A DNA stretch of 64,000 nucleotides. Source: Ginglymostoma cirratum. Taxonomy: Eukaryota. Of this stretch, positions 40,980 to 53,460 are shown piece by piece. Each line of letters starts with the position of its first letter. Positions within the stretch are counted from its first letter, which is position 1. The notes beneath the pieces are model-generated. The model worked only from the letters and a program-made list of their open reading frames with translations, made no database searches and was not told the origin of the DNA. The DNA lies in NCBI GenBank assembly GCA_024137785.1, contig JAHRHZ010000095.1:124001-188000 (forward strand), given 5' to 3'. The position numbers and the translations under genes were made by a program.

Positions 40980-41740
40980 AACTGGATAAGTATCAAGCCA
41001 GGATTATCTCTACACCAAACAAGAGAAGCTGCAATCAATAGGTCTAAGTGATCCCACAACCAGCAGATCAGATTTAAGCTTTACACTCCGATCCAGTTAT
41101 GAATGCTGGTGGACAATTAAATGGCTCACAACTATCCTCATTCTCAAAAGATGGGATAGCTTAGCACATCAGTGCACAAGGTATAGCTGAAGCATTAGCT
41201 TTCAGTTTCAGACAGAAGCACTGCGTGAATGATCCATCTTGGTCTCCTCCTGAGGTCCCCAAGATGCCAGTCTTCAGCCAATTTGATTCACTCTACATGC
41301 TATCACAAAAGCTGTGAACCCTCACGACATTCTGACAATGATACGGAAGACTTAGACCCCAGAACCTGCCGTGCTTCTGGCCAGAACATTCCAAAAGAAG
41401 TACAACACTGGCATCTACCTATCAATGTGGAAAATTGCCCAGGTATACTCTGTCCACAAATGCAAGTCAAATCCAATCTGGCTGACGTAAGAGATTATCA
41501 ACAAAGCCATCAATTATCACTTGCTTAGCAAAAACCTGCTCACTGACGCTCAGTTTGGGTTCCATCCGGATCACTTGTCTCCTGAGCTCATTAAATCTTC
41601 ATCCACACTTCGACAAAGGAGATAACTGGTGAAGCAAGAGTGACTCCCCTTGACATCAAGGTAGTATTTGATCAAGTGCAACATCAAAAAGCCCCATCAA
41701 AATAGCTGTCAAGGGGAACTGGAAGCAACACACTGGCACA
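40980..41740 (+). mobile_element. LINE RT-region fragment (family X)
   Basis: Decayed RT motifs (WKIAQV.PVHK-like, cagtttgggttc, cttgacatcaagg..tttgat). Confidence 0.6.
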
Positions 41741-43699
41741 ATGATTTGCACAATTAGACAAATTTTGTTCTTTGAACCTGTCTCTCCAGCTGAAGAGTTT
41801 TCTTTTTTTCCCCAATATAAACTGGGTTTCCCACTTACTGCTAGATGGGTAGGGCAAAAAATTAGATCATGACTCTACTGTCTGATTTGTTGATAATGCT
41901 TTGAAATATTTAACACCATAATGTGTAAGTGAGGTAAAATGATCTTTTTAAATGATTTTATATCCAGTTAACATTTTAGAATTTCCTGTTCAGCTTGATT
42001 AAAACTGGAAGTTGGCAACCCTGTTTTAAATATAGTTTTCTTGTTCCTATTTCCCATAAATCCCAGGTAGATACATTTTTGTTAAGCAAAGGTGTCAGGA
42101 ATATAGGCCAAAGGCAGGTATATGGGTTGGGCCACAGATCAGCTATGATTTAATTGATTGAGAGAACAGACTTAAGGTGCTGAATGTCCGACTAAGCAGT
42201 TTATTGACTCTTATCCCGTGCAACTTGTTCTGGTGTTGTAATTCACGGGAGAGGCTTGGTTGCTTTGAAGTGCATAAATGTATCTTCTGGAATAGGACAG
42301 TCTTCACAGAATCACAGAATTATTACATTGCAAAAGGGATACCAGTCATCCCACTATGCCTGTACAGGTTTATTGTCTTGTCTGGCTTTATTATCTATTG
42401 TCGATTTCCTGCCTTTTCCCTTGAGCTTGGGCTCAGTCCAGGCGGTATCCATAATTCTCCATTGAACAATCTACAATAATATCACTGAAGCACCAAAGAA
42501 CACTGAGTACTCAGAGGACCATTTCCCATTCAAAAGTCAATACCTGGAAATGGGAGCAGATTAGCAAGGTAAAGAAAAACTGCAGATAAAGGGAATGTCA
42601 GCATTTAAAAGCTTTAAACCATTCATCCTTTTGGCATCTTGAAGGATTAAATGGATCTTGCCACATGTACACAATATCCAAATAGAACTGATTGCATTTT
42701 AAATGCTGAAAGATATAAGGATGCTATTCGAGTTTGGTGTGTGGGGAATCTTGTGGGCAATTCTTCCCCTCCAAGAAATACTGCTGGTACAGATTGGATT
42801 GTTATCCATAGGGCCTGTTAAGAGGAGCTTGTGGCTTTGTCCAAGTTTCCAGATTGACTCCATTTAGTTTTATTGTAGCCGAGTATTTTAGTGGCTAGTG
42901 TTTTTAAGCCATGATTTGATGCTTCATTCATGAAGCTTGAAATCTTTATAACTGTAGTCAAATTTTGGATTTTACCCTGTACCTCAACTCCGGTTCACAA
43001 GAAGAGATAGGAGACTTGCTGAATCAATCTGTATTGAAGGAGGAATGAGAAAAGATTATTGTTTGCTATTGACTTTGGAAGGAAAAATCAGGAGGGATGT
43101 AAAACAGCCATTGATTTGCCGTCACTTGTGTGTCTTAAATTGTACAAACTTGTGGAAATGAAGATGAAAAGACCAACAGCTTATGGTATAAACTGAAAAA
43201 TAAGGCAGTTGTGGAAAAACACTTAAATTTCTTTTATTTTTCAAGCAACTGTAGTGACTGATACACACTCTCCAACGTGCATTCACCTTCTGTGCAAAGA
43301 GATCTTGGAAACATTCAGGACTTTGACCAGCGGCTTTTTGAATGTTGGTCATGAATGCACATAAACTGTCTCCTTGAGGTGTAGAATTTTTTTCATGTAA
43401 AAGTGAACTCACAACTGTGATAACTGAGGAGTCTTTACCTTAGTTATCACTCTTGCAGCTATTAAATCATTTCCAGAAACTCTCATCAATCACCTTGAGA
43501 GGGGACAAACATTAACCTTAATTGGAGATAAGGTCGTGACCAGAGATCAAATCATATTCCTTATTCTGTATTTGATGGTCAAGGCAATGGATTCAAACAC
43601 ACTATCGTTTTTTGTAATGAGGGTCACAGCACTAGCCCAAGATCCTCTAAATGATTTATCACAGCCATGTCCTTCGGCTACTGCTTTCAGTACAGTCAT

Positions 43700-43930
43700 C
43701 TATTTTCAACCACTCCATCTCTATTATCACCATCCCTTCTTCCCTGACTTACTACCAACAGCCCTTTCTCTCTCTCTCTCTGGGCTTCTTCTTTGCCTAT
43801 CCATTCCTTTTCACCCCTCCTAGCTTATTTATTTTCCTTGCCGTTTCTAGTTCTGAAAAAGGGTCACTAGCTCAGAAACATTTACTCTATTTTATCTTCA
43901 CAGATACCGCCAGAATCTGCTGAGTTTCTC
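43700..43930 (+). mobile_element. Penelope-like pLTR fragment with upstream pyrimidine-rich region and a degenerate hammerhead core
   Basis: agttctgaaaaagggtcactagctcagaaacatttactct..cacagataccgccagaatctgctgagtttctc resembles 2737-2840. Confidence 0.55.
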
Positions 43931-46157
43931 TGTGTGTTTCCTTTAGCTACAGCTGGTTTCAATACATATTTCTGTAAGATTTTTTCTTTCCTATCTAGGC
44001 ATCTAATGAATATATTAAAAAGACATTTGCCAGATACAAGCTCATTCCTCCATTCAGTTTGGATCTTCCTGCAAACTTCATATTTTCTGTGAGCCTGCAG
44101 AAAGTTCCCCAGTACTTTTGATCAAGTCTCTGATAAATATGGGGAACAGTGACGCTAACACTAATTCCTGGAGGACGTCATTTATGACCAAACCTTGACA
44201 AAACAGCCAGTGTCAATATGAATGCAACCAGCTCCTTTCCAACCTGAAAACTACTTATGAATTCAACCTTTCTTAGTAGTCTATTGTTCAGCAACTGGTT
44301 GAAGATTTTTTAAAATCAAAATAGATTCAACCAGGGCTGACCACTACCAAACTAGGAAACCAAATTGTTCAAATAATTTAATTTGGTGAGACAGTGGCCA
44401 TGTTGGGACTCTAATAGCCTTTCTGTGTAGAGTTGTTGGTATCGTGGTCCTTTCCAGCAATCGGCTAACAATAAAGCATAGCCCCTATACCTTTGCACAG
44501 CCTCAAATGCATGCGATAAGAGTTAGCAACCAACACTGCCTCTTCTGACCAGGCCTATGTCCATGCCTATATCTATTTTAGCAGCAAATCTACAATGTGT
44601 TCCTTGTGACTGCTATAAAAATGTAATTGGGAACATCTGCCATATATTGATCTCAAACCAATTATTTAATGGTCTCATTTAATTTGTAATGAACCTTCCA
44701 TTTGTAAACTAAAAGGAGAATTTATTTCTTAATTAAACCTTTCAAAACACAGGGCATGTCAAAATGTATTAACAACCAATTAAGTAGTTTATGCTCCCTG
44801 TGTAGGAAACATGGTGGACAATTTATCCACAACAAGCTCCCAAAACCATTGTGACAATGATCAGTTAATCTGTTTCGGTGCTACTTGTGGGATAAGTAGG
44901 CGTTGAAATCATTAACAAAGACTATGCTGCTGCATTAAATCCTCATTTAAACTTGTGACTGTGTTCCTGAAAATTACAACTTTTGAGTTAAATGATTTTA
45001 AGAGAAGCATTGGTTCCTATGGAAAGCAATGTCATAACTGGAGTTGAGTTCTATGAGCCTTCCCTTATGAGAAAAAAGCTACAACATTATTTAAAATGTT
45101 TTGCATTACTAGCTTCCCTTGCACTGGTAAATTAAGTCATTTAATTTTTTTCATTACAAATTAAAGAAAATGATTTTCTACAATCCTTTTGCTCACTGCA
45201 AATCCTGCTGCCTGATCCCCCTAGTCTCTGCAGATCCTTCCCCTCCAATACTCTCTAACTTGTGATCTCTCCACTCCCTGACCCTCAGAATGGAGACGGA
45301 CTCAGCAGTACCTGTGATCTGCACCAGCGAGCCTTCACTCTGTCAGGTTCCAGACTGCCTGCTTGCGTTGCCACTTGTTGCTGGCTACACTGTAGTCGCT
45401 GTTGATAGCATTGTTTTGAAACACAGCCCGGTATCTTGCTGGCTGCCACCTGCTCGGTCATGTTGGAGCTTCTCCTCTTGACTAGCTGCAGGACCTTGGC
45501 CTTCCTCACTGTCCCCCTGGCCAGCTAGGCTAGGATAGGCCTCGGGCACATTTCCCAGGGAGTCAGGTATGGGAAGAGGCTGCAGATGGAACTGGATTCA
45601 AGTCAGACGAGGAGAGACCAATTTGTAAGGAAAGACAAAGGATCATTATTTTAAATTGTTCGATGTCAGAAGCTGATGCTTTTCTCAATGAAGAGTTACT
45701 TTTGGTATGGGCTGGTATCTTAGGTATCAAACACCAGTTTGTTAAACTTCAAGAAGAACTAGCTTCTGAGAGTGGGGGGTCGGGCGGAGGGTCATTACCC
45801 CCTGTCAGAGGCAGAACGTTCAGGACCACTGTGATCTCCAAGATCAGTCAGAGAGAAAGATTACCTTCCCTGCCCCCAACACCAATAACTGGATTTGTAG
45901 TGATTTCTACACTCGTCCAAGAGACTCTAGGTTATTGGATGAAGTACAATGGGTACATTGTGAATACAAAGTATCACAATTACATGAGACAGGTTGGACA
46001 GACCAGAGGGTCATTCTAGTACGTTCAAATCATTGAAGTGCCTTGATTCCTCTCTAACTGTTTCGGGGGGAAAGAAGTTCTCCTGATCCCAAGAATTGAT
46101 CCCTTTTGTGAAAGTTACAAAAATAATGATCACCAGTGAATCAGGTAGGTGGCCACG

Positions 46158-46163
46158 TTTATT
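46158..46163 (-). terminator. Candidate HPD polyadenylation signal
   Basis: TTTATT on + (AATAAA on -) about 255 nt downstream of the HPD stop. Confidence 0.55.
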
Positions 46164-46418
46164 AAATACAGTGATTTCATGCATTAAATTCAGCCATTGT
46201 CTGACAGTGAATTCTTGCACTATTTTGATTTTGTCTGATTGTGGATATGGGTGCAAGAACGATGAATTAAAAACCATGATTAGATATCGCCAGGGTTAGG
46301 TTAATGTTCTAGAGTCTGTAGGATGAAGGAAAGGCTAACGAAGACAACGAGCTCTTCACTACAGAGGATGCAGATATAGAACTTCTTATCACATTCTGTG
46401 GTTTGCTGGCCTGTTATT

Positions 46419-46547
<129 letters not shown>

Positions 46548-46612
46548 TCAGTTATGAGATATATTTGTTTGTCAAAGATGATGTTTCCGGATGCTAAAAT
46601 AAAACAACTTCT

Positions 46613-46800
46613 CATGCTGGGAACCTGCAACAAAAGCAGAAATTGCCAGAGAAACTGAGCAGGCCTGTTATCATCTGTGGAGAGAGAAACAGAATTAATG
46701 TTTCAGATGTAGTTTCCTGAAAACTGTTTGAAAGAAGGGTCATTGGACCCAAAACATTAATTCTGCTTTCTCTCCACAAAAACTGCCAGACCAGCATTCT
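46613..46800. mobile_element. Older subfamily B fold-back element, interrupted by the subfamily A element
   Basis: Inverted arms (gtggagagagaaacagaattaatgtttc / aaaacattaattctgctttctctccac) with a degenerate GGGTC-ATTG-GACCC stem II. Confidence 0.7.
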
Positions 46801-46943
46801 GAGATAAAAGGTACTGCAGATGCTGGAGAATCCGAGATAACAAGCATGGGGCTGAATGAACACAGCAGGTCAAGCAGCATCATAGGAGCAGGAAAACTTG
46901 ACGTTTCGGGCCTAAACCCTTCATCAGATTTTCTGATGAAGGG

Positions 46944-47343
46944 NNNNNNNNNNNNNNNNNNNNNNNNNNNNNNNNNNNNNNNNNNNNNNNNNNNNNNNNN
47001 NNNNNNNNNNNNNNNNNNNNNNNNNNNNNNNNNNNNNNNNNNNNNNNNNNNNNNNNNNNNNNNNNNNNNNNNNNNNNNNNNNNNNNNNNNNNNNNNNNNN
47101 NNNNNNNNNNNNNNNNNNNNNNNNNNNNNNNNNNNNNNNNNNNNNNNNNNNNNNNNNNNNNNNNNNNNNNNNNNNNNNNNNNNNNNNNNNNNNNNNNNNN
47201 NNNNNNNNNNNNNNNNNNNNNNNNNNNNNNNNNNNNNNNNNNNNNNNNNNNNNNNNNNNNNNNNNNNNNNNNNNNNNNNNNNNNNNNNNNNNNNNNNNNN
47301 NNNNNNNNNNNNNNNNNNNNNNNNNNNNNNNNNNNNNNNNNNN
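46944..47343. other. Assembly gap (400 N)
   Basis: Run of N, flanked on both sides by the same 27-mer. Confidence 1.
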
Positions 47344-47359
47344 CCCTTCATCAGATTTT

Positions 47360-47387
47360 CTGATGAAGGGTTTAGGCCCGAAACGTC
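47360..47387 (+). ncRNA. Minimal type I hammerhead ribozyme core (mirror copy on - at 46927-46900)
   Basis: CTGATGA-A-GGGT-TTAG-GCCC-GAAAC-GTC: all core nucleotides, stem II, a loop-less ACGT stem III and a GUC triplet. Stem I is weak. Confidence 0.65.
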
Positions 47388-48084
47388 AAGTTTTCCTGCT
47401 CCTATGATGCTGCTTGACCTGCTGTGTTCATCCAGCCCCATGCTTGTTATCTCAGACCAGCATTCTGTTTATGTTTCTGTTTCTAGATACACATGGCTGG
47501 ATGCCAAATGTCGTTGACCAAGGGTGAGACAGTTGACTCTGCTGAGTTTTCTGTGAATCAATTATTATTGTTTGGTCCAAGTTTTTCCACTCATTTGGTC
47601 AAGTCTTTCCATTAGTTTTATTTTGTTGGCACATTGCTTTGTTGCTTGCTTTGTTAAATCAGCTGAAAGTCACAGCCAAGTCAAATGTCTGGACATCGAT
47701 TCAAACTTCAACTTTCTTCACAACAACAGTTTAACGGGTAAAAGCACCAAGCCATAAAAGCCAGGAAGCTAAGGTTCACTCTCTGCTTTGTGGTCAGTTA
47801 CTGTTTATAGGGAGGATGCTCCAACTGCCTCTCATCTCTTGAAATCAGCTTTCCCCCTGCATCTAATCACTGCCAGTGACGCTTGCTACAAAAATGTGTG
47901 ATTGTATGGAAGGGGTCTCAGTTGATGCTCACTGTCTATGCTCACATCTGAAACATGGCCATTTTGGTATTGAAGGGGCTGTTAATAGGCTGGATTTTAT
48001 GATTTCCAGATGGAGTAAAGAGTCAGAAATGCAAGTGTTTGATTTACTTACCTCCTTCATCGCTATCTCAATACAGCTATGATT

Positions 48085-48870
48085 AGTGGTGATGGGTGGG
48101 AGGGAATATTTGTGGATGTGGTGTCAATCAAGCGGGCTGCTTTGTCTTGGATGGTGTCAAGCTTTTTGAGTGTTGTTGGAACTGCACTCATCCAGGCAAG
48201 TGCGGAGTATTCTATCACACTCCTGACTTGTGCCTTGTAGATGGTGGACAGGCTTTGGAGAGTCAGGAGCTAAGTTATTTGCTGCAGGATTCCTAACCTT
48301 TGAACTGGTCTTGTGCATGGCCAAGTAGAGGTTGCCAGGCAGTAAAGTGACCAAGTGGCATTGGGCAGAGAGCCCCTCTTTCCAATCAGGCATCAATGGC
48401 AGGGTATTAGGCTGCTGAGGTTGTGAACTGGAAGTCAGTTACAACCATAAATTTTAAATATTCCCTGTCCTCTCACTCCTTATTTCTGAAATCAGCCTAA
48501 AACAAAATTGAAAAGCCGAAATCCACTACTAGCCAAAAGCTACCACCTTCATTCGCATACCAGAAACTGCACAACCCATACTAAATACTGTGATTACAAG
48601 ACCAGGTCAAAGGTTAGGAATCCTGCAGCAAATAACTTAGCTCCTTCCAAACCAACAACCAGTTCCATCTAGAGGGACCAGAGTAGCTAGTACATGGGGG
48701 AACACCATCACCTGAAAGTTGCTCTCCAAGCCACTTACCATCCTGATTTGGAAATACTTCACCATTCCTTCAGCGTCATTTGGTCAAAATCCCAGAATTC
48801 CTTCCCTATGGGCATTACGGGTCAGTCTAAAGCAGATGGACTGCAACAGTTCAAGAAGGCAACTCACCAC
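48085..48870. mobile_element. Rearranged family X LINE 3' end (- strand piece 48085-48314, + strand piece 48575-48870)
   Basis: The - piece reads YKAQVRSVIEYSALAWMSAVPTTLKKLDTIQDKAARLI; the + piece has the preceding segment and the 3' UTR. Confidence 0.75.
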
Positions 48871-48898
48871 TGAGAGGACTTGGCCATGGTGAAGTTCT

Positions 48899-49113
48899 GG
48901 GATAGCAGGAACTGCAGATGCTGGAGAATCTGAGACAACAAGGTGTAGAGCTGGATGAACACAGCAGGCCAAGCAACATCAGAGGGGCAGGAAGGTTGAC
49001 ATTTTGGGCCTAGAAATTTCTGAAGAAGGGTCTAGGCCCGAAACGTCAGCCTTCCTGCTCCTCTGATGCTGCTTGGCCTGCTGTGTTCATCCAGCTGTGC
49101 ACCTTGTTATCTC
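48899..49113. mobile_element. Fold-back Penelope-like mini-element (subfamily A) with a hammerhead core on +
   Basis: Arms 48932-49014 and 49031-49113; 33-nt extension; 13-bp TSD ATGGTGAAGTTCT at 48886-48898 and 49114-49126; CTGAAGA-A-GGGT-CTAG-GCCC-GAAAC-GTC at 49020-49047. Confidence 0.88.
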
Positions 49114-49547
49114 ATGGTGAAGTTCTAACTGGAGCAGGGGTGGAGTGAGGATCAGTGATCAGTGACTGGGCAAAGGGTGAGCTCAAGAGAGTATTCTGGG
49201 CACTGGGACTGGGGCAATTTGGAACTGAAGAAAAGTCTATGTAGATGTTTAAGAGAAGGACTGAAATTGCAAAAGCAAACGATTGTTTAGAAATAGAGAT
49301 GACAGTCCCATTTATAAAGGTGATTAATTCCTAATGAACCTCTGCATCTTTCACTTTCATGTTTCCAAACTGGCTGGAGATGTACAGAAGCAGGAGAGTG
49401 CAATGATGAGTCCAATATCCATTGAATGCTCATTTTGACAGATAAAGAACTGTAATGTTATGTAGTAAACCATAAAATACTGGACAAAAAGCAATCCAAA
49501 AATGGCTAAAATGCGGATGGTCTTTTATAAAATCAAACAAATGGTCA

Positions 49548-49700
<153 letters not shown>

Positions 49701-50244
49701 CTATTACATTACAGACAGTGACACAAAATGAACAGCTTCCGACTTGCACACGCTCACTCTCACCACTGGCTACTATAGATAGAAGGAAATGATTTTAATT
49801 ATCCCAGATGCATCGGAGTGACTAGGTGATACTGCCCAATAGCAGACCTAGTTCACTTTGAAGGTGCTGCACTAACATACATCTGATACACTGTGCTTGG
49901 GACATAAGATCCACGGAGCAGTCTATCACAGTCTTCATTGACAACACTTCCAGCCTTCAGACATCCATGGAGCTGGAGAAGTGAAAATGAAGAAGCTGCC
50001 AATGAGCCCTGCTGGTTAATTGGATTCACAGACTACTAGTGCTATTTCATTCCCCACAAAAAGAGCAGCAATTCACCTTTTGGCTCCTTGCTGGCAAAAT
50101 GACAGCCTGATGTCTGTATTCAAACCAGTACTCTCCCAAAATAGCAAAAAATAAATGGCTTTCACATAACTCAGGCTGGCGATTGTATATAATTCTGCTC
50201 TTCTTACCTAAAGATCAATACTCTTAACATTGAGGGAGTAAGAC

Positions 50245-50730
50245 AAAGGGTCACCAGCCTGATACCTGGGATAGCTCAACTGTCCTCTGAGGAGAGATCA
50301 TAGAGACCAGGCCTGGATTCACTAACATTTATAGGAATGAGAAGTGATCTCATTGAAATATATAAAATTCTTACAGGGCTCAGCCGGGTAGATACAGGGG
50401 CGGTGTTTCCTCAGCTGGTGGTTGGGCTAGGGGTGGGGGAATGTTCTAGATTATGGGATTGTCTCTGAACAAAGGATAGGCCATTTAGAACTGAGATGCA
50501 GCGGAATTTCTTCAGTGTGGTGAATGGAATTTTCTACTCCAAGGGTCTATGAAATTTCACTCATTCAAGGCAGAGATTGATAGATCTCAAGATATTAAAG
50601 ATATCATGAGAAAAATGGCATTGAAGTAAATGATCAGCATTAAGGTAAACGAGCAGCCATGAACTTGGTGAATAGTGGAGCAGACCCAATGGACAGAATG
50701 GCCTGCTCTTGTTCCTATTCCCTATGTTAC
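50245..50730 (+). mobile_element. CR1-type LINE 3' end (a further short tail at ~50845-50930)
   Basis: MRSDLIEIYKILTGLSRVD segment and a CR1-like tail. Confidence 0.8.
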
Positions 50731-51910
50731 TATCTGATAACTCAGTGGTTGGCCTGGGGTTGCTTTATGTGGCCATAGCAATAGCAAAAGGGCGTAGTGT
50801 GCCATTTCTGTGAGGTTATCACCCTAGAAAAACAAAATGAAATTCCTCATAAATAGATTAATTTAGGATATTTGGTCGGCATGGATGAGTTGGACTGAAG
50901 GGTCTGTTTCCATGCAGTACAGCTCTGTTACGCACAATCTGCCTCTGTGCCTCCATCACCCATTGGACAAAACATTTTTTTCTGCCTTCCCCCTAACCAG
51001 ATTTCCCAGTGGATTTGTGTCTTAACAGCCAGGACTTCACTTAGATGGGTATACGTTGCCATCTGAGTGGAGCTTTGTAAAGAGGAATCATCACCCACTC
51101 AAACTGGTGTTCTACTGTTTTGGTCAATGACGATAAAGGGCTGTACAAATGGAAACAGAAATGACTTAGAAGGCTTGAGGTGCAAAATGCTCCAGGGCCA
51201 GGTTATTTATTTCTTACAGGAATTAGTGACAAATTTGAGCAGGCAGTTGCCAACGTGATTGAGATCTTGGTTAGCAATAGAAGTACAATGTCTGGCAGGT
51301 GTCAACAGCAGCTGGGCATTTCCAGAGACAGATAGTCTATACTCCCAGGCCCAGTGGCTCTCCAATGCATAATTTCTTCACCATTGAACTAGAAATCGGG
51401 ACCTCCAGGCACCAATTCAGCAATGGCATGAGGCCCAGGAAGCTTAAAATAAACATGAGTCTATTTTTATTTCTTTATGAACATTCTGGGAACACAATGA
51501 ACAGTTAAATGTAGTTAGGCCAGAAATCAATGAAATGAAACATTTAAAAGCTTTTAGAGGCAATGTCTGTTATTGTGTGAGTGAAAATTTGATGGGAATT
51601 AATATCAGTCGTGGATTTGCTCAGAAGTTGAATTTGTCCCCAAGCTACTACCGGAGAAAAAACATACATCCAGCTGGAAATAAACCATTTCCATTCATTA
51701 CTGCTGTCACTGGGATTACTTTGTGAAGATAGTTGTGCTGCATCGTTTGTGCCATTGCCTTTTTTTCTGCAATAGGCTTGTCTCCACAGAATAATATAAA
51801 CACCATTCATGACATGTACTTAACTGAGCACATCATTCCTTTTTGTGAAATTTAGTAGTCTTGTTGTTGCAATGGGAGGTGATTTCCCCATTGCTGGGTT
51901 TGCCTTGTTA

Positions 51911-52093
<183 letters not shown>

Positions 52094-53286
52094 TCAGCAG
52101 ATAAGAACAGTAATCAGTCATTCTTGAAACGACAGCTCTCTGCCCCAGAGAAGTAGCAATGTCGGCAAAAGATTGTAAGATGATAATAGAATTGTTGCAT
52201 TTTAACACGAAGACAGGGACGAGCGCTGGGAGACAGTTACACAGTTCAAAGAGCAGGATGGGTAAGGGGGGGGTGCAGACTGGCAGATCAAGGGATGGAT
52301 AACGGGGAAGGGCAATTACACTGTTTCTTGACACAATCAAATAATGTGAAAAGATAATGAGGTAAGCACTTGATAGAAATAAAAGCTTACAGGACTATAG
52401 GAATACAGTGGTGGCGTGGAATTAACTGGATATCTCTCCAGGGGGCCAGCTTGGACTGTGTGGCTCCTTCCTACTCCATAATAACTGCCTCTGTCAGATA
52501 ACTAACACCCTCTCCAGATTTACACAGGGGGAAATGGCCTGTGAGACAGGGGACCACCGTGCAAATAACAACAGGTATCCCTGTGACTGCTCTCTGTGAG
52601 AAGAATTCACTCGACGTTTAAAGTGGAGCCAAGTGATGGGAGGTCAGCAGGGCGAGTGTTTTTCCAACTGCTACCAGCAGAGGTCAATGTGTTGACTTAG
52701 ATCGTTACAAAATGCCTGCACAAAGTACAAGGGCGCCACCTGTTGCTATAGATGGGATAATACTCAGCGAAGCAGAGTGTTCTCAGGGATAGAGGTTCGG
52801 AAACCTGGTTTATACCCTTGTCCATCAGGCAGTGTAAAACTCGTGGCTGCAGGACAAATATAGCTCCTATTGTCTGAGATGCTCCCACTCCCTATAACAG
52901 GCAAGGCACGTTAGTGATTGGTAGATCCATAAGTTTCTCAATGAGACATCAGCCCTGTGATTCCGTCATTCCAGTAACAGCTTTTTGATGAGCAAATAAT
53001 ATGCATTGGACTTTCTCTAGCTGTTGACCAATGTTATGAGCCGAAGTGTAATGGAGGATTGTGAATGATGTGAAGCTGATATCTTTGAAATCATGCAGCT
53101 TTGTATGATGTATATGGGAATTGAAGAGAGTGGCATTTTAATGGTTCGTACCTATCCAGAACCAGGAGAATAAGGACCAATACACAGTGAAGTCAATCAC
53201 AAAACCTTAAATTCCTGCCTGACACAAAGGCACGTTGGATCTGTTTTAACTATATAGTAACTATCAAGGAGGACTACCTTTCATTA

Positions 53287-53460
<174 letters not shown>

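Larger units (their letters stand above)
46801..47453. mobile_element. Young fold-back Penelope-like mini-element (subfamily A) with hammerhead cores on both strands, spanning the gap
   Basis: 95-bp arms 46834-46928 and 47359-47453 with 1 mismatch; 33-nt extension 46801-46833; 13-bp TSD AGACCAGCATTCT at 46788-46800 and 47454-47466. Confidence 0.85.

Noticed and set aside
45285-46019. GC-richer patch with ORFs 45285..45509, 45290..45481 and 45663..46019
   Set aside because: No recognisable domain and no coherent splice structure.
46740-47517. Long ORFs of 233 and 223 aa on both strands
   Set aside because: They consist mostly of the N gap plus hairpin arms and are not coding.
48899-49113. 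Hairpin elements interpreted as MITEs or pre-miRNAs
   Set aside because: The one-sided 33-nt extension, 13-bp TSD, variable inner junction and hammerhead core fit Penelope-type pLTR inversions better.
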